Assembly (NCBI GenBank): GCA_963748015.1
Contig: CAVVHE010000004.1
Span: forward strand, 128,001 to 192,000
Source: Terriglobia bacterium
GTDB taxonomy: Bacteria; Acidobacteriota; Polarisedimenticolia; Polarisedimenticolales; JAIQFR01
Length of the DNA: 64,000 nt
Reading direction: 5' to 3'
Part shown: piece by piece, positions 48,136 through 58,473 of the stretch
Layout: each line of letters begins with the position of its first letter
Numbering within the stretch: the stretch's first letter is position 1
Program-made: the position numbers and the translations under genes
Notes under the pieces: generated by a model
Seen by the model: the letters and a program-made list of their open reading frames with translations, nothing else
The model's database searches: none
What the model was told of the DNA's origin: nothing

Positions 48136-48819
48136 GTGACGGCTCTACTTGCACCATCCATCCTCTCGGCGGACTTCGGACGCCTGGCGGAGGAGATCCG
48201 CGAGGCGGAAGCGGGCGGCGCCGGGCTCGTCCACGTGGACGTGATGGACGGGCGCTTCGTGCCGAACCTCACCGTCGGACCGGCGGTGGTCTCGGCGGTG
48301 CGCCGCGCGACGGAGCTTCCGGTCGACTGCCACCTGATGATCGAGGATCCCGACCGGCATCTCGAGGCGTTCGCCCGCGCCGGGGCGGGCATGATCTCGG
48401 TGCACGTCGAGGTGGTGCGGCACCTGCATCGCACGGTGCAGGCGATCCGCGACCTCGGGGCCGAGGCGGGAGTGGTGCTCAACCCCGCGACCCCGCTGGC
48501 GAGTCTCGACGAGATCCTGCCGTTCGCGGACTTCGTCCTGATCATGTCGGTCAACCCCGGTTTCGGAGGTCAGGCGTTCATCCCGACGTCCCTGCCGAAG
48601 ATCCGGAATCTCAGGGAGCGGATCCGTCGCGCGGGCCTCGCGACGAGGATCGAGGTGGACGGGGGCGTGACGCTCGAGAACCTCGACGACGTGGTCCTGG
48701 CCGGCGCGGACCTGGTCGTGGCCGGGAGCGCGGTGTTCGGAGGCGGATCGCCCCGGGAGAACGCCCGGAAGATGGCGGCCCGCCTCGCCATCCTCGCGGA
48801 ACATGGCGCCGCGCGCTGA
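48136..48819 (+). CDS. rpe: Ribulose-phosphate 3-epimerase
   Basis: APSILSADF, HVDVMDG.FVPNLT, DCHLMI, MSVNPGFGGQ, EVDGG, VAGSAVF. Confidence 0.96.
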   Translation: MTALLAPSILSADFGRLAEEIREAEAGGAGLVHVDVMDGRFVPNLTVGPAVVSAVRRATELPVDCHLMIEDPDRHLEAFARAGAGMISVHVEVVRHLHRTVQAIRDLGAEAGVVLNPATPLASLDEILPFADFVLIMSVNPGFGGQAFIPTSLPKIRNLRERIRRAGLATRIEVDGGVTLENLDDVVLAGADLVVAGSAVFGGGSPRENARKMAARLAILAEHGAAR

Positions 48820-49249
48820 AGAGGGAGCGCTCCGGATCGGTCGCACGACGACCCGGGTCCGCTACCCCGAGACCGACCGGATGGGCGTGGCCCATCACAC
48901 GCACTTTCTGGTGTGGTTCGAGCTGGGGAGGACGGAGTTGATGCGCGATCTGGGATGCCCGTACGCCGAGGTCGAGGACCGCGACGGGATTCTCTTCCCG
49001 GTCGCGGAGGCGGGTGCGCGCTACCACGCCCCGGCGCGCTACGACGAGCTCCTCGAGATCACGACCCGGCTCGTGATCGCGCACGGTGCCCGCGTCCGGT
49101 TCGAGTACGAGATCGCCCGGATGCGGGACGGGGAGCGGATCGCGTCCGGCTTCACGGTGCATGCGTCGGTCGGCCGGGACGGCCGGCCGCGTAGACTGCC
49201 GAAGGAGCTCGGCGCTCGTCTCACCGGCCAGGGGAGCGGCCGTACATGA
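48803..49249 (+). CDS. YbgC/FadM-like hot-dog acyl-CoA thioesterase
   Basis: RVRYPETDRMGVAHH...WFELGRTE, YHAPARYDE. Confidence 0.88.
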   Translation: MAPRAEEGALRIGRTTTRVRYPETDRMGVAHHTHFLVWFELGRTELMRDLGCPYAEVEDRDGILFPVAEAGARYHAPARYDELLEITTRLVIAHGARVRFEYEIARMRDGERIASGFTVHASVGRDGRPRRLPKELGARLTGQGSGRT

Positions 49250-50074
49250 GCTCGTCGCGAGGCCGCAGTCGTCGTCGTCTGTCTTCTCGCCGTGCTGGCG
49301 GTGGGGGCGGCCGGATGCGGCGCCCACCACAAGGCGGCGAAGGGGAGGGGGCTCGCTCCCGGCGAGGAGCTGTACGCGCAGGCGATGGCGGAGCTGGAGC
49401 ATCGCAAGCTGTCGAAGGCGAAGTCGCTTCTCGAGAGCATCCAGTTCACCTCCGAGAACCGCTCCGCCCTCGAGCCCCTGGTCAGGGTCGCCCTGGCCGA
49501 CACCCTGTTCTTCACGGGCGACTCGATCTCGCTGATCGACGCCAGGTCGAAGTACATCGAGTTCGCCACGCTCTACGGCGACCACCCCAGGGCCCCGTAC
49601 GCGCAGTTCCAGACGGGAGTCTGCTCCTTGGCCGAGATCAGCGGCCCGAGCCGCGACCAGTCGCAGACCCGTGTCGCCATCACGGACTTCCAGGACGTCG
49701 AGAGGCGCTACCCGGACTCGCCCTACGCTCCCGCGGCGCGAGCGATGCTGGAGATCGCGGAGCGGAATCTCGCGGAGCACGAGTACCAGGTCGGCCGCTT
49801 CTACATGCAGCGCAAGGCGTACTTCGCGGCCGCGGAGCGGTTTCGGGGGATCCTCGACAACTACCCTCGTTACTCGGAAAAGCAGAAGGTGTACCTCGAT
49901 CTCGGGCGCGCCCTGATCCTTACGAAGAACAGCGTCGAGGGGACGATCTACCTCGACAAGCTGGTCACCGACTATCCCTCCGACCCCCGCGCCGCCGAGG
50001 CGCGCAGGCTGCTGGCGAGCGTGGGAGGCGGCGCGGGCACCGGCGTCAAGGCCGGCGAGTCCCCTCCGCGCTAG
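49246..50074 (+). CDS. bamD: Outer membrane protein assembly factor BamD; apparent +1 frame break within the signal peptide
   Basis: Lipobox AAGC, ELY..A, RDQSQT..AI..F....RYPDSPY, LAEHEYQVGRFY, AAAERF..IL.NYP; the ATG at 49246 is out of frame with the body. Confidence 0.85.
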
Positions 50075-50120
50075 TTCGTCTCGCCGCGAACCGTAGCCCC
50101 AGCTCGGTCCGCGAGGCGGC

Positions 50121-51002
50121 TCAGTCGCCGGGGGCGAAGAGGGTGGCGCGGCGGGTCGTGACGATTTCGCGCAGTTCGGGGTAGGCGGCGCAGAGCTCCT
50201 CGGGAGCCTCGGGGTGCTCCTGCCCGACGAGGCGCTTCATCATCAGCGCGTTCGCGAGTCCCTTGCCGCGGAAGTGGTTGTTCTGGATGACGAACACCTC
50301 CGCGGCGTCCATCGCCATCGCGACGGCCATGCCGGCGAGCGGGCGGAGCTCGTCCTCGCGGTAGAGGTAGTCGTAGCGGGCGTCGCGCCCGGCTCCCTCG
50401 CGAAACCAGTCGGCCTCGTTCCGCCCGTGGAGCCTCAGGTAGGCGACGCTCGACGTCACCGCGGCGGCGGGAGCGAGCGTCGCGCCGCCGGCGCGCGGCT
50501 GGTCCACGACGCACAGGCCGGTATCGCGGGAGCGCAGAAGGCGCTGCGTCTCGTCGTGTCGCCACGACGCGTGGCGCACCTCCACCACGACCGGCCACCC
50601 GCGCGCCGCGTCGAGCAGTCGCTCGAGGCGGGTGGTCGACGCCCCGGTGCGGTGGAAGGACTGGGGGAACTGGACGAGGATCGCGCCGAGCGCGCCGGTC
50701 TCGCGGAGGGGCTCGAGCCCCCGAAGGGTGAGCGGAACGACCTCGGCGGCGTCCGTGTCCTCGTGCGTCCAGGAGCGGTGGGCCTTGGCGGTGAAGCGGA
50801 AGCCGCTCCGCTCGCGCGTGCGTCGAGCCCAGGACGCGGCCCTGCGCGGATCCGCCGGACGGTAGAACGTCGCGTTGATCTCGATCACGTCCACGAATCG
50901 CGCGAGGTAGGCGAGGCGGTCGAAGCCGGTCCGCGTCCGCGAGGGGTAAACGGTTCCCGCCCAGTCGGGATAATCCCAACCCGCCACGCCCACGCGAATC
51001 AC
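50121..51002 (-). CDS. DUF72 (YecE-like) TIM-barrel protein
   Basis: IRVGVAGWDYPDW, EINATFY, FTAKA, LVQFPQSF, VEVRH.SW, YLRLHGRN, YDYLY, NNH; GTG 51002 with GGAGG RBS. Confidence 0.9.
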   Translation of the reverse strand: MIRVGVAGWDYPDWAGTVYPSRTRTGFDRLAYLARFVDVIEINATFYRPADPRRAASWARRTRERSGFRFTAKAHRSWTHEDTDAAEVVPLTLRGLEPLRETGALGAILVQFPQSFHRTGASTTRLERLLDAARGWPVVVEVRHASWRHDETQRLLRSRDTGLCVVDQPRAGGATLAPAAAVTSSVAYLRLHGRNEADWFREGAGRDARYDYLYREDELRPLAGMAVAMAMDAAEVFVIQNNHFRGKGLANALMMKRLVGQEHPEAPEELCAAYPELREIVTTRRATLFAPGD

Positions 51003-51269
51003 CCCATGAAGACCTCCGCGGCGACATGATGCACCCGGCCGGTCGAAACGGCACGCGGGACGAGGGTCTCCCGGCGTTACGGAATCGTCTTCGGGAGCGG
51101 TCGCACCCCGGACCTTTCGAGCTTCTCGGCGAGTTCGGCGTTCTCGCGCCGGGCGGCGCCGGGCTTGCGTTTCCGTCGCTTGCCGGAGGCGCCGCGGCGC
51201 GCGCGCTTTCCCCTTGACCCTCCGGTTTTTGACCGTAAATAGGACACTGACGAGAGGAGATCGCCGACG

Positions 51270-51707
51270 ATGCCCGAGCGCGGTCCCAAGAGCATTGCCG
51301 AGGAGATCGAGGTCCTGGCGCGATTGACGGGAGCGCCCCGCGTGTTCGTCGAGCAGGTCCGCGCCCTCTTCACGAGCAAGGCGATATCGCTCGACGAGGC
51401 GGCGGCGCCGTTCGTCGCGGCCCTCGAGGAGGCCTTCCGGCGAGAGGAGACGATCCGTACCTCCTCGTCGCAAGCCCGTCGCGGCCTCGATCGCGTGCAG
51501 GAGGACCTCGGCCGCGTCCGGGAGATCCACCGCGAGCAAGCCGAGCATCTCCGCCGCGCGAGGGCGAACCTCGAGAGCAGCGCCCGGCGGATCCGGGAGA
51601 GCGGCGAGCGGCTCGAGGCGGCCGCGTACGCGCTCGGCGTGCGCCGCGGCGCCCACCGCGAGACCGATGCCGCCCCGATCGTGCCGGGCCCGAAAGACAT
51701 CCAGTAG
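51270..51707 (+). CDS. Hypothetical coiled-coil protein
   Basis: GAGGAG RBS, ATG start, GC3-biased codons, heptad-like E/R/L helix; fills the gap between DUF72 and the kinase. Confidence 0.7.
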   Translation: MPERGPKSIAEEIEVLARLTGAPRVFVEQVRALFTSKAISLDEAAAPFVAALEEAFRREETIRTSSSQARRGLDRVQEDLGRVREIHREQAEHLRRARANLESSARRIRESGERLEAAAYALGVRRGAHRETDAAPIVPGPKDIQ

Positions 51708-51757
51708 GAGGCCGGTTTCCCGTCTCGCCGCGGGAGCCGCGCGGGAGGGGACGGGCG

Positions 51758-54091
51758 TCAGTTGGGCGGCGAGGCGCCCCCGGCGACGCGGGACACGGTC
51801 GCAACCAGCGACGAGAGATCGTAGGGCTTGCCGAGGACCGGATTGCCGGCGTCGTCGAGGAACTGGCTCGTTCCTTCCCCCCCGGCGTCGCCGGTCGAGA
51901 ACACCACGCGGCGCGCCAGGTCCGGGTGCGAATGCCGCAGCGCCTCGTAGAACGCCTGGCCGTCCATTCCCGGCATCTTCATGTCCACGAGCAGTACGTC
52001 GAAGCTCCGCTCCGACACGACCCGCAAGGCCTCGGAGCCGTCCCGCGCCGACGTCACCGTCCAGCCGAGGGCCTCGAGCACGTCGCGCACGAGATCGGCG
52101 ATCGACTCCTCGTCGTCCACGACCAGGATCTCTCCGCCGGCGACGGCGGGCGACGCGGCGCACTCGACGGCGGCGGCCTCGACCACCGTCTCGGCCGTCT
52201 CGGACGGCACCGGAATCTCGACGGTGAACGACGCGCCCTCCCCCTCGCGGCTCGCGACCCCGATCCGCCCGCCGTGCTCCTGGACGATGCCGTAGCAGAT
52301 CGAGAGCCCGAGCCCGGTGCCCTTGCCGACCTCCTTCGTGGTGAAGAACGGGATGAACACCTTGCCGAGGTTCTCCTGCGAGATGCCGTTGCCGTTGTCG
52401 GAGACGTCCACGCGGACGAACCCGCCGTCCTCGCGCGTCTCGACGACGATGCGTCCGCGCCGCGGCGTCTCGCGCACGGCGTGCTCGGCGTTCGTGAGGA
52501 GGTTGAGGAACACCTGCTGGAGCTGGTGCGGGTCCACCACGACCTTGGGGAGCCCCGGGCTCAGGCGACGCACCACCTCGACGTTGCTGACGTGGAGCTC
52601 GTACGCGCGGAGGTCCAGGACCTGGTCGAGCACTTCGTTGATGTCGGTGGGCCGCTTTTCCGTCCGGTGTTTTCGGGAGAAGGTCAGGAGATTCTGGACG
52701 ATTCGCCCGGCGCGCTCCGCTTCCGCCGACACCCGCCCCAGCATGCGGCGGTGGTTCGGATCCGAGACGCGGGACATCAGCAGTTGCGTGTAGCCGACCA
52801 CGGAGGTGAGCGGGTTGTTCAGCTCGTGCGCGACGCCGGAGACCAGCATCCCGAGCGCGGACATCTTCTCCGTCTGGAGCAGCTGCGACTGGACCTGCTT
52901 GAGGTCCGCCACCAGCTGCGCGTTGGAGAGCGCCATGTCCACGAACCGGACCAGGGTTTCGAGGCGGCGCACGTCCTCGTCGTCGAACGGGCGCCGCGCC
53001 GCGCCGTGGAAGAGGATCAGCGCGCCCTCGCGGCGTCCGAGGATCTGGAGCGGCGCGAGGAGCACACCGGTCGCCTCGAGGCAGGCCAGCTCCGGGAGCC
53101 CCGCGGGATCCGCGCCCGGCTGTCCGGTGCGCCGCACGCCCCCGCTCTCGAGCAGCTCGGCGAGGAGCCCCTCGAGCGACAGCGCCGCCGGCAGGGCCCG
53201 CGGGGTTCCGACGGCCGAGAGAACGCGCAGGCGGCTCGTTCCCTGCTCGAGCACGGCGAGGATCGCCCCCGTCGAGCGGAGGGTCTCGGCCGAGACGCGC
53301 ACCACCGCCCTGCGGAGCCGCTCCGCTTCCAGTTCCGAGCCGATCTCGAGGCCGAGATCCTGCAGCGAGCGCAGTTCCACCTCCCGCAGCTCCAGCGCCT
53401 TTTCCCGGCGGCTGAGCAGGATCAGGAGCAGCAGCGTGAGCCAGACCGGCAGCACCCCGAGGAGGGACAGCCACGGCTGGACGCTCCAGAGGACCGCCAT
53501 GCCGAGCCCGGACACGATGCAGGAGATCTCGTTCAGGAACCCCGTTCGCGTGATGAAGTCGAGACGAAGAAGGGGCCGGCGGCTGGCCAGGCTGACGACG
53601 ACGTGCGTCAGGCCGTGATTGACCGCGAAGAACACGAGCAGCGAGGCGAGCGCCGCCGCCAGGGTCGCCGGGTCCAGGGCGTCGAGCACCCGGAATCCCG
53701 GGTGCGCCAGGCTCCGGACCTGGACCGCGACCCAGAGCGACAGGGACAGCTGCCCCATGTTGAAGGCCGCCGTGAAGACCCGTCGGCGGTTGAACGCCCA
53801 GTCGGCCGCGTTCATCACGGCGAGGACGGCGCAGGTCGCCCCGGGATCGGCGAGGAAGAAGAGCGCGTAGACGAACGAGGTGCCGATCTGGTGGACGATG
53901 GTGCTGGGCAGGAAGCCCTGGTAGCTGATCGACAGCGCGGTCGCGAGGGTTCCGAGCAGCCCGAAGAGGAGGACCGGCGCGGGGTTCCAGGAGGCGGGAT
54001 CGAATCCGGCCAGCAGGGACAACCCCGCCGCCAGGCCGGCGACGATCACCGTCCACGCGTAGGTCTTCGCTCCCGAGCTCAGCTGGCTCAA
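51758..54091 (-). CDS. Hybrid sensor histidine kinase (multi-TM sensor, GAF, HisKA, HATPase, receiver); start approximate
   Basis: About 7 TMs, GAF (RPFDDED), VAHELNNPL, QVFLNLLTNA, DNGNGI, GTGLGL, ILVVDDE, DMKMPGMDG, KPY. Confidence 0.92.
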   Translation of the reverse strand: MSQLSSGAKTYAWTVIVAGLAAGLSLLAGFDPASWNPAPVLLFGLLGTLATALSISYQGFLPSTIVHQIGTSFVYALFFLADPGATCAVLAVMNAADWAFNRRRVFTAAFNMGQLSLSLWVAVQVRSLAHPGFRVLDALDPATLAAALASLLVFFAVNHGLTHVVVSLASRRPLLRLDFITRTGFLNEISCIVSGLGMAVLWSVQPWLSLLGVLPVWLTLLLLILLSRREKALELREVELRSLQDLGLEIGSELEAERLRRAVVRVSAETLRSTGAILAVLEQGTSRLRVLSAVGTPRALPAALSLEGLLAELLESGGVRRTGQPGADPAGLPELACLEATGVLLAPLQILGRREGALILFHGAARRPFDDEDVRRLETLVRFVDMALSNAQLVADLKQVQSQLLQTEKMSALGMLVSGVAHELNNPLTSVVGYTQLLMSRVSDPNHRRMLGRVSAEAERAGRIVQNLLTFSRKHRTEKRPTDINEVLDQVLDLRAYELHVSNVEVVRRLSPGLPKVVVDPHQLQQVFLNLLTNAEHAVRETPRRGRIVVETREDGGFVRVDVSDNGNGISQENLGKVFIPFFTTKEVGKGTGLGLSICYGIVQEHGGRIGVASREGEGASFTVEIPVPSETAETVVEAAAVECAASPAVAGGEILVVDDEESIADLVRDVLEALGWTVTSARDGSEALRVVSERSFDVLLVDMKMPGMDGQAFYEALRHSHPDLARRVVFSTGDAGGEGTSQFLDDAGNPVLGKPYDLSSLVATVSRVAGGASPPN

Positions 54092-54356
54092 AGTGTGCGC
54101 AACCTCACGGACACCACCGCCCTCGCGGCTCGCCACCGAGAAGATAGGTTCCGCGCCGCCGACATGCCCGCCGCGGGGCGCGGCCGGGCGGCGCCGTTTT
54201 CCGCCCCCCCCTCGCAACAGGCCTTCCTGAAACGAGATGCGGCAGGCGCCCGGCCGGATCGAGGGAGTCGGCCGGGCGCCGTCGCGACGGGGCGAGCCCG
54301 GGTGTGACTTGGCCCGGGATCCGTTCTACACTTCGAGCCTTTCGGAGGGAGACTCC

Positions 54357-54899
54357 ATGTCCGACCGTCCGGTGGTCACCGGAACCACGATCCTCACGCT
54401 CCGGCGGGACGGCAAGGTGGCGATGGGCGGCGACGGCCAGGTCACCCTCGACCGGACCATCGTGAAGCACGGAGCCCGAAAGGTCCGCACGCTCGCGGGA
54501 GGGACGATCCTCGCCGGCTTCGCGGGCGGGGCGGCCGACGCGATCGCCCTGCTCTCGCGCTTCGAGGAGAAGCTCGCCGCGCACGGAGGCCAGATCGAGC
54601 GGGCGGCGGTCGAACTGGTCCGGGACTGGAGGACGGATCGCGCGCTCCGGCGGCTCGAGGCGATGCTGGTGCTGGCGGACCTCAAGAGGACCTTCCTCCT
54701 GTCCGGCAACGGCGACCTGATCGAGCCCGACGACGGCGTGCTCGGCATCGGGAGCGGCTCGCTGGCCGCGATGGCGGCGGCGCGGGCCCTCCTGGGGCAC
54801 ACGGCGCTCGACGCGAAATCGATCGTGACCGAGGCGCTCCGGATCGCTTCAGGTCTCGACATTTACACCAACGACCGCCTGGCCGTCGAGGAGATCTGA
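54357..54899 (+). CDS. hslV: ATP-dependent protease subunit HslV
   Basis: Propeptide then TTIL, GDGQVT, GFAG, WRTDRALRRLEA, GNGDLIEP, IGSG, IYTN. Confidence 0.96.
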   Translation: MSDRPVVTGTTILTLRRDGKVAMGGDGQVTLDRTIVKHGARKVRTLAGGTILAGFAGGAADAIALLSRFEEKLAAHGGQIERAAVELVRDWRTDRALRRLEAMLVLADLKRTFLLSGNGDLIEPDDGVLGIGSGSLAAMAAARALLGHTALDAKSIVTEALRIASGLDIYTNDRLAVEEI

Positions 54900-54901
54900 A
54901 C

Positions 54902-56302
<1,401 letters not shown>

Positions 56303-56306
56303 GCGC

Positions 56307-57392
56307 ATGACGAGAGCTCGCGCAGGCACGCCGGTCCTCCTCCTCCTCCTCGCGCTCGCCTCGGGCGCGTGCGGGAAGAGGGGCCCTCTCAAGCCTCCCG
56401 AGCCGCGCGGACCGACTCCGCCCAAGGAGGTCGCCGCCAGGCAGACGGGAGACAGGGTCGTCGTCTCGTTCGTCGCTCCGGCGCCTCGCGGGGACCGGCC
56501 GTCCCAGCAACCGGTGCGCGCGGAGCTGGTGCGCGTGACGTACGCCCCCGGGCTCCACCCGCCGCAGGACCCGGACGCGTTCCGGCGTGTCGGCGCGGTG
56601 GTGGCGACGATCGAGAGCGATCCGCTCGCCGCGGGGAGCCGGCTGCGGCTCGAGGACCCGTCCTGGAAGGAGCTCGCCGGGAGCGGGGTGGACTGGACGC
56701 TGCGGTACGCCGTGCGCGTCAAGGACCGGAAGGGCCGCCCGTCCCCCTTGGTGGTGGCACCGGACCTCCTTCCCGTGGCCCCCCCGCCCGTCCCCTCGGG
56801 CCTTCACGCCGAGGCGACCGCGGACGGGATCCGGGTGCGGTGGGAGCCGCCGAGGGCCGAGGGCACCCTCAAGTACAGCCTCTACCGCGCCGACCAGGGG
56901 GCGGACTTCGGGAACCTCCCGTTGCACCGCGAGCCGCTCTCGACCACGGAGTTCCTCGACACCGACGTGGCGGCGGGAAAGTCGTACCGCTACGTCGTGC
57001 GGACCGCGATGTCCGAAGGGCCGCCCTTCCGCGAGAGCGCGTCGTCCGCGGAGGCGGTCGTGGTCGCCGAGGACCGCTTCCCCCCGGCGCCCCCCTCGGG
57101 CCTCGTGGCCGTGCAGGAGGGGAACGCGGTCCGGCTGTTCTGGAATCCTAACCAGGAGCGGGATCTCGCGGGGTACCGCGTCTTTCGTCGCGACGCCGCC
57201 CTCGAGTGGCGGCGCATCGGACCGGAGTTGGGGGTCGAGCCGCTGTTGCTCGATCCCGCGGTCCGTCCGGGGACGCAGGTCTCCTACCGGGTGACCGCGG
57301 TGGACCGCGCGGGCAATGAGAGCGCTCCCTCGGAGCCCGTGGACCTCGACGTCGCCGCGGATCCGGGAGCGGCTCCCGGGGGGGCGCGGTGA
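56307..57392 (+). CDS. Lipoprotein with fibronectin type III-like domains and LptM/YifL-like N-terminus
   Basis: Lipobox GACGKRGPLKPP; FN3 motifs (RVRW, YSLYR, YRYVVR, LFW, GYRVFR, YRVTAVD..GNES.PS). Confidence 0.75.
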   Translation: MTRARAGTPVLLLLLALASGACGKRGPLKPPEPRGPTPPKEVAARQTGDRVVVSFVAPAPRGDRPSQQPVRAELVRVTYAPGLHPPQDPDAFRRVGAVVATIESDPLAAGSRLRLEDPSWKELAGSGVDWTLRYAVRVKDRKGRPSPLVVAPDLLPVAPPPVPSGLHAEATADGIRVRWEPPRAEGTLKYSLYRADQGADFGNLPLHREPLSTTEFLDTDVAAGKSYRYVVRTAMSEGPPFRESASSAEAVVVAEDRFPPAPPSGLVAVQEGNAVRLFWNPNQERDLAGYRVFRRDAALEWRRIGPELGVEPLLLDPAVRPGTQVSYRVTAVDRAGNESAPSEPVDLDVAADPGAAPGGAR

Positions 57393-58219
57393 CGGGGCCG
57401 ATCCGGATCGTGAAGATGTCGGGGGCCGGGAACGACTTCGTCGTCCTCGGCCCGCGCGAGGCGAAGTCGCTCGGCGACCGGCTCGAGTCGTGGGTGCGCC
57501 GGGTATGCCGGCGCGGTCTTTCGGTCGGCGCGGACGGCGTGCTGATCGTGGGGCCGTCTTCTCCCGGGCGGGTTCGCGTCTCGTTCTTCAATCCGGACGG
57601 CGTTCCCGCCTTCTGCGGGAACGGGTCGCGCTGCGCGGCACGTTTCGCGGCGCTCGAGGGTTACGCGGCCGGCTCCATGATCCTCGAGACGTCGGCGGGC
57701 GACGTCCCGGCGAGCCTGACGGAGGACGGCGTGCGGCTGACCCTCCCGGCGCCGTCCGGAGCGGTGCCGCTCTCGGTCGAAGCGGCGGGCGCCGCCCTCG
57801 AGGGTTGGAGCCTCGTTGCCGGGGTTCCGCACTTCGTGCTGGCCGTCGAGAACGTCGCGCGGGCACCTCTCGAGATCTGGGGTCCGGCCCTCCGCCGCCA
57901 CCCCGCGTTCGGCGCCGCGGGGACCAACGTGGATCTCGCCGAGCGGCGGCCGGACGGCATCGGGGTCCGCACCTGGGAGCGTGGCGTCGAGGGAGAGACG
58001 CTCGCGTGCGGGAGCGGCGCGATCGCGGCGGCTTGCGTGGCGAGGCGGCTGGGCTGGGCGGGCGGCACCGTGCGGGTCGTGCCCGCGAGCGGGATCCCGC
58101 TGCTCGTCGACCTCCCGGGCCCGGCCGATGCCCCGGAGGCCGCCGTACTGGAAGGGGACGCGCGCTGGATCTTCGACGGCACCCTCGCGCCGGAAGCCAC
58201 CGAAGGGTTCGAAGCGTGA
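57389..58219 (+). CDS. dapF: Diaminopimelate epimerase
   Basis: KMSGAGNDF, GADG, NPDG...FCGNG, GVPH, GTNV, RTWERGVEGETLACGSG. Confidence 0.95.
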   Translation: MTGPIRIVKMSGAGNDFVVLGPREAKSLGDRLESWVRRVCRRGLSVGADGVLIVGPSSPGRVRVSFFNPDGVPAFCGNGSRCAARFAALEGYAAGSMILETSAGDVPASLTEDGVRLTLPAPSGAVPLSVEAAGAALEGWSLVAGVPHFVLAVENVARAPLEIWGPALRRHPAFGAAGTNVDLAERRPDGIGVRTWERGVEGETLACGSGAIAAACVARRLGWAGGTVRVVPASGIPLLVDLPGPADAPEAAVLEGDARWIFDGTLAPEATEGFEA

Positions 58220-58452
58220 GCGCATCGCCCGCCCGCAAGATCGCCGACTGGGTCATCGGCCTGACGCTCATCGCCTTGGGGATCGTCGGGGGGTTCATCC
58301 CCTTGTTCCAGGGGTGGCCCTTCATCCTCGCCGGCCTGGCAATCCTAAGCAGCCACAGCCGCTTCGCGCGCGCCACCCTCGACCGGATCAAGCGGATCGC
58401 CCGCGGGGCGCGGGACCGGCTCGCCCGCGGGAAGGAGAAACGGCGGGATTGA
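58216..58452 (+). CDS. Small membrane protein (PGPGW/DUF454-like)
   Basis: GTGA overlap with dapF; IGLTLIALGIVGGFIPLFQGWPFILAGLAILS then a basic tail. Confidence 0.7.
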   Translation: MSASPARKIADWVIGLTLIALGIVGGFIPLFQGWPFILAGLAILSSHSRFARATLDRIKRIARGARDRLARGKEKRRD

Positions 58453-58473
58453 TCCGCCGGCGGGACCTCCTCC

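Noticed and set aside
49247..49249. Selenocysteine or stop readthrough fusing the thioesterase to BamD (same frame)
   Set aside because: It would bury a lipoprotein signal behind a cytoplasmic domain; a 1-bp indel after ATG 49246 is the simpler explanation.
50121..54056. 1311-aa - strand ORF suggesting a giant DUF72 fusion
   Set aside because: Only the last ~293 codons are DUF72 (own RBS and GTG at 51002); the rest is an off-frame R/G/P-rich read of the kinase gene.
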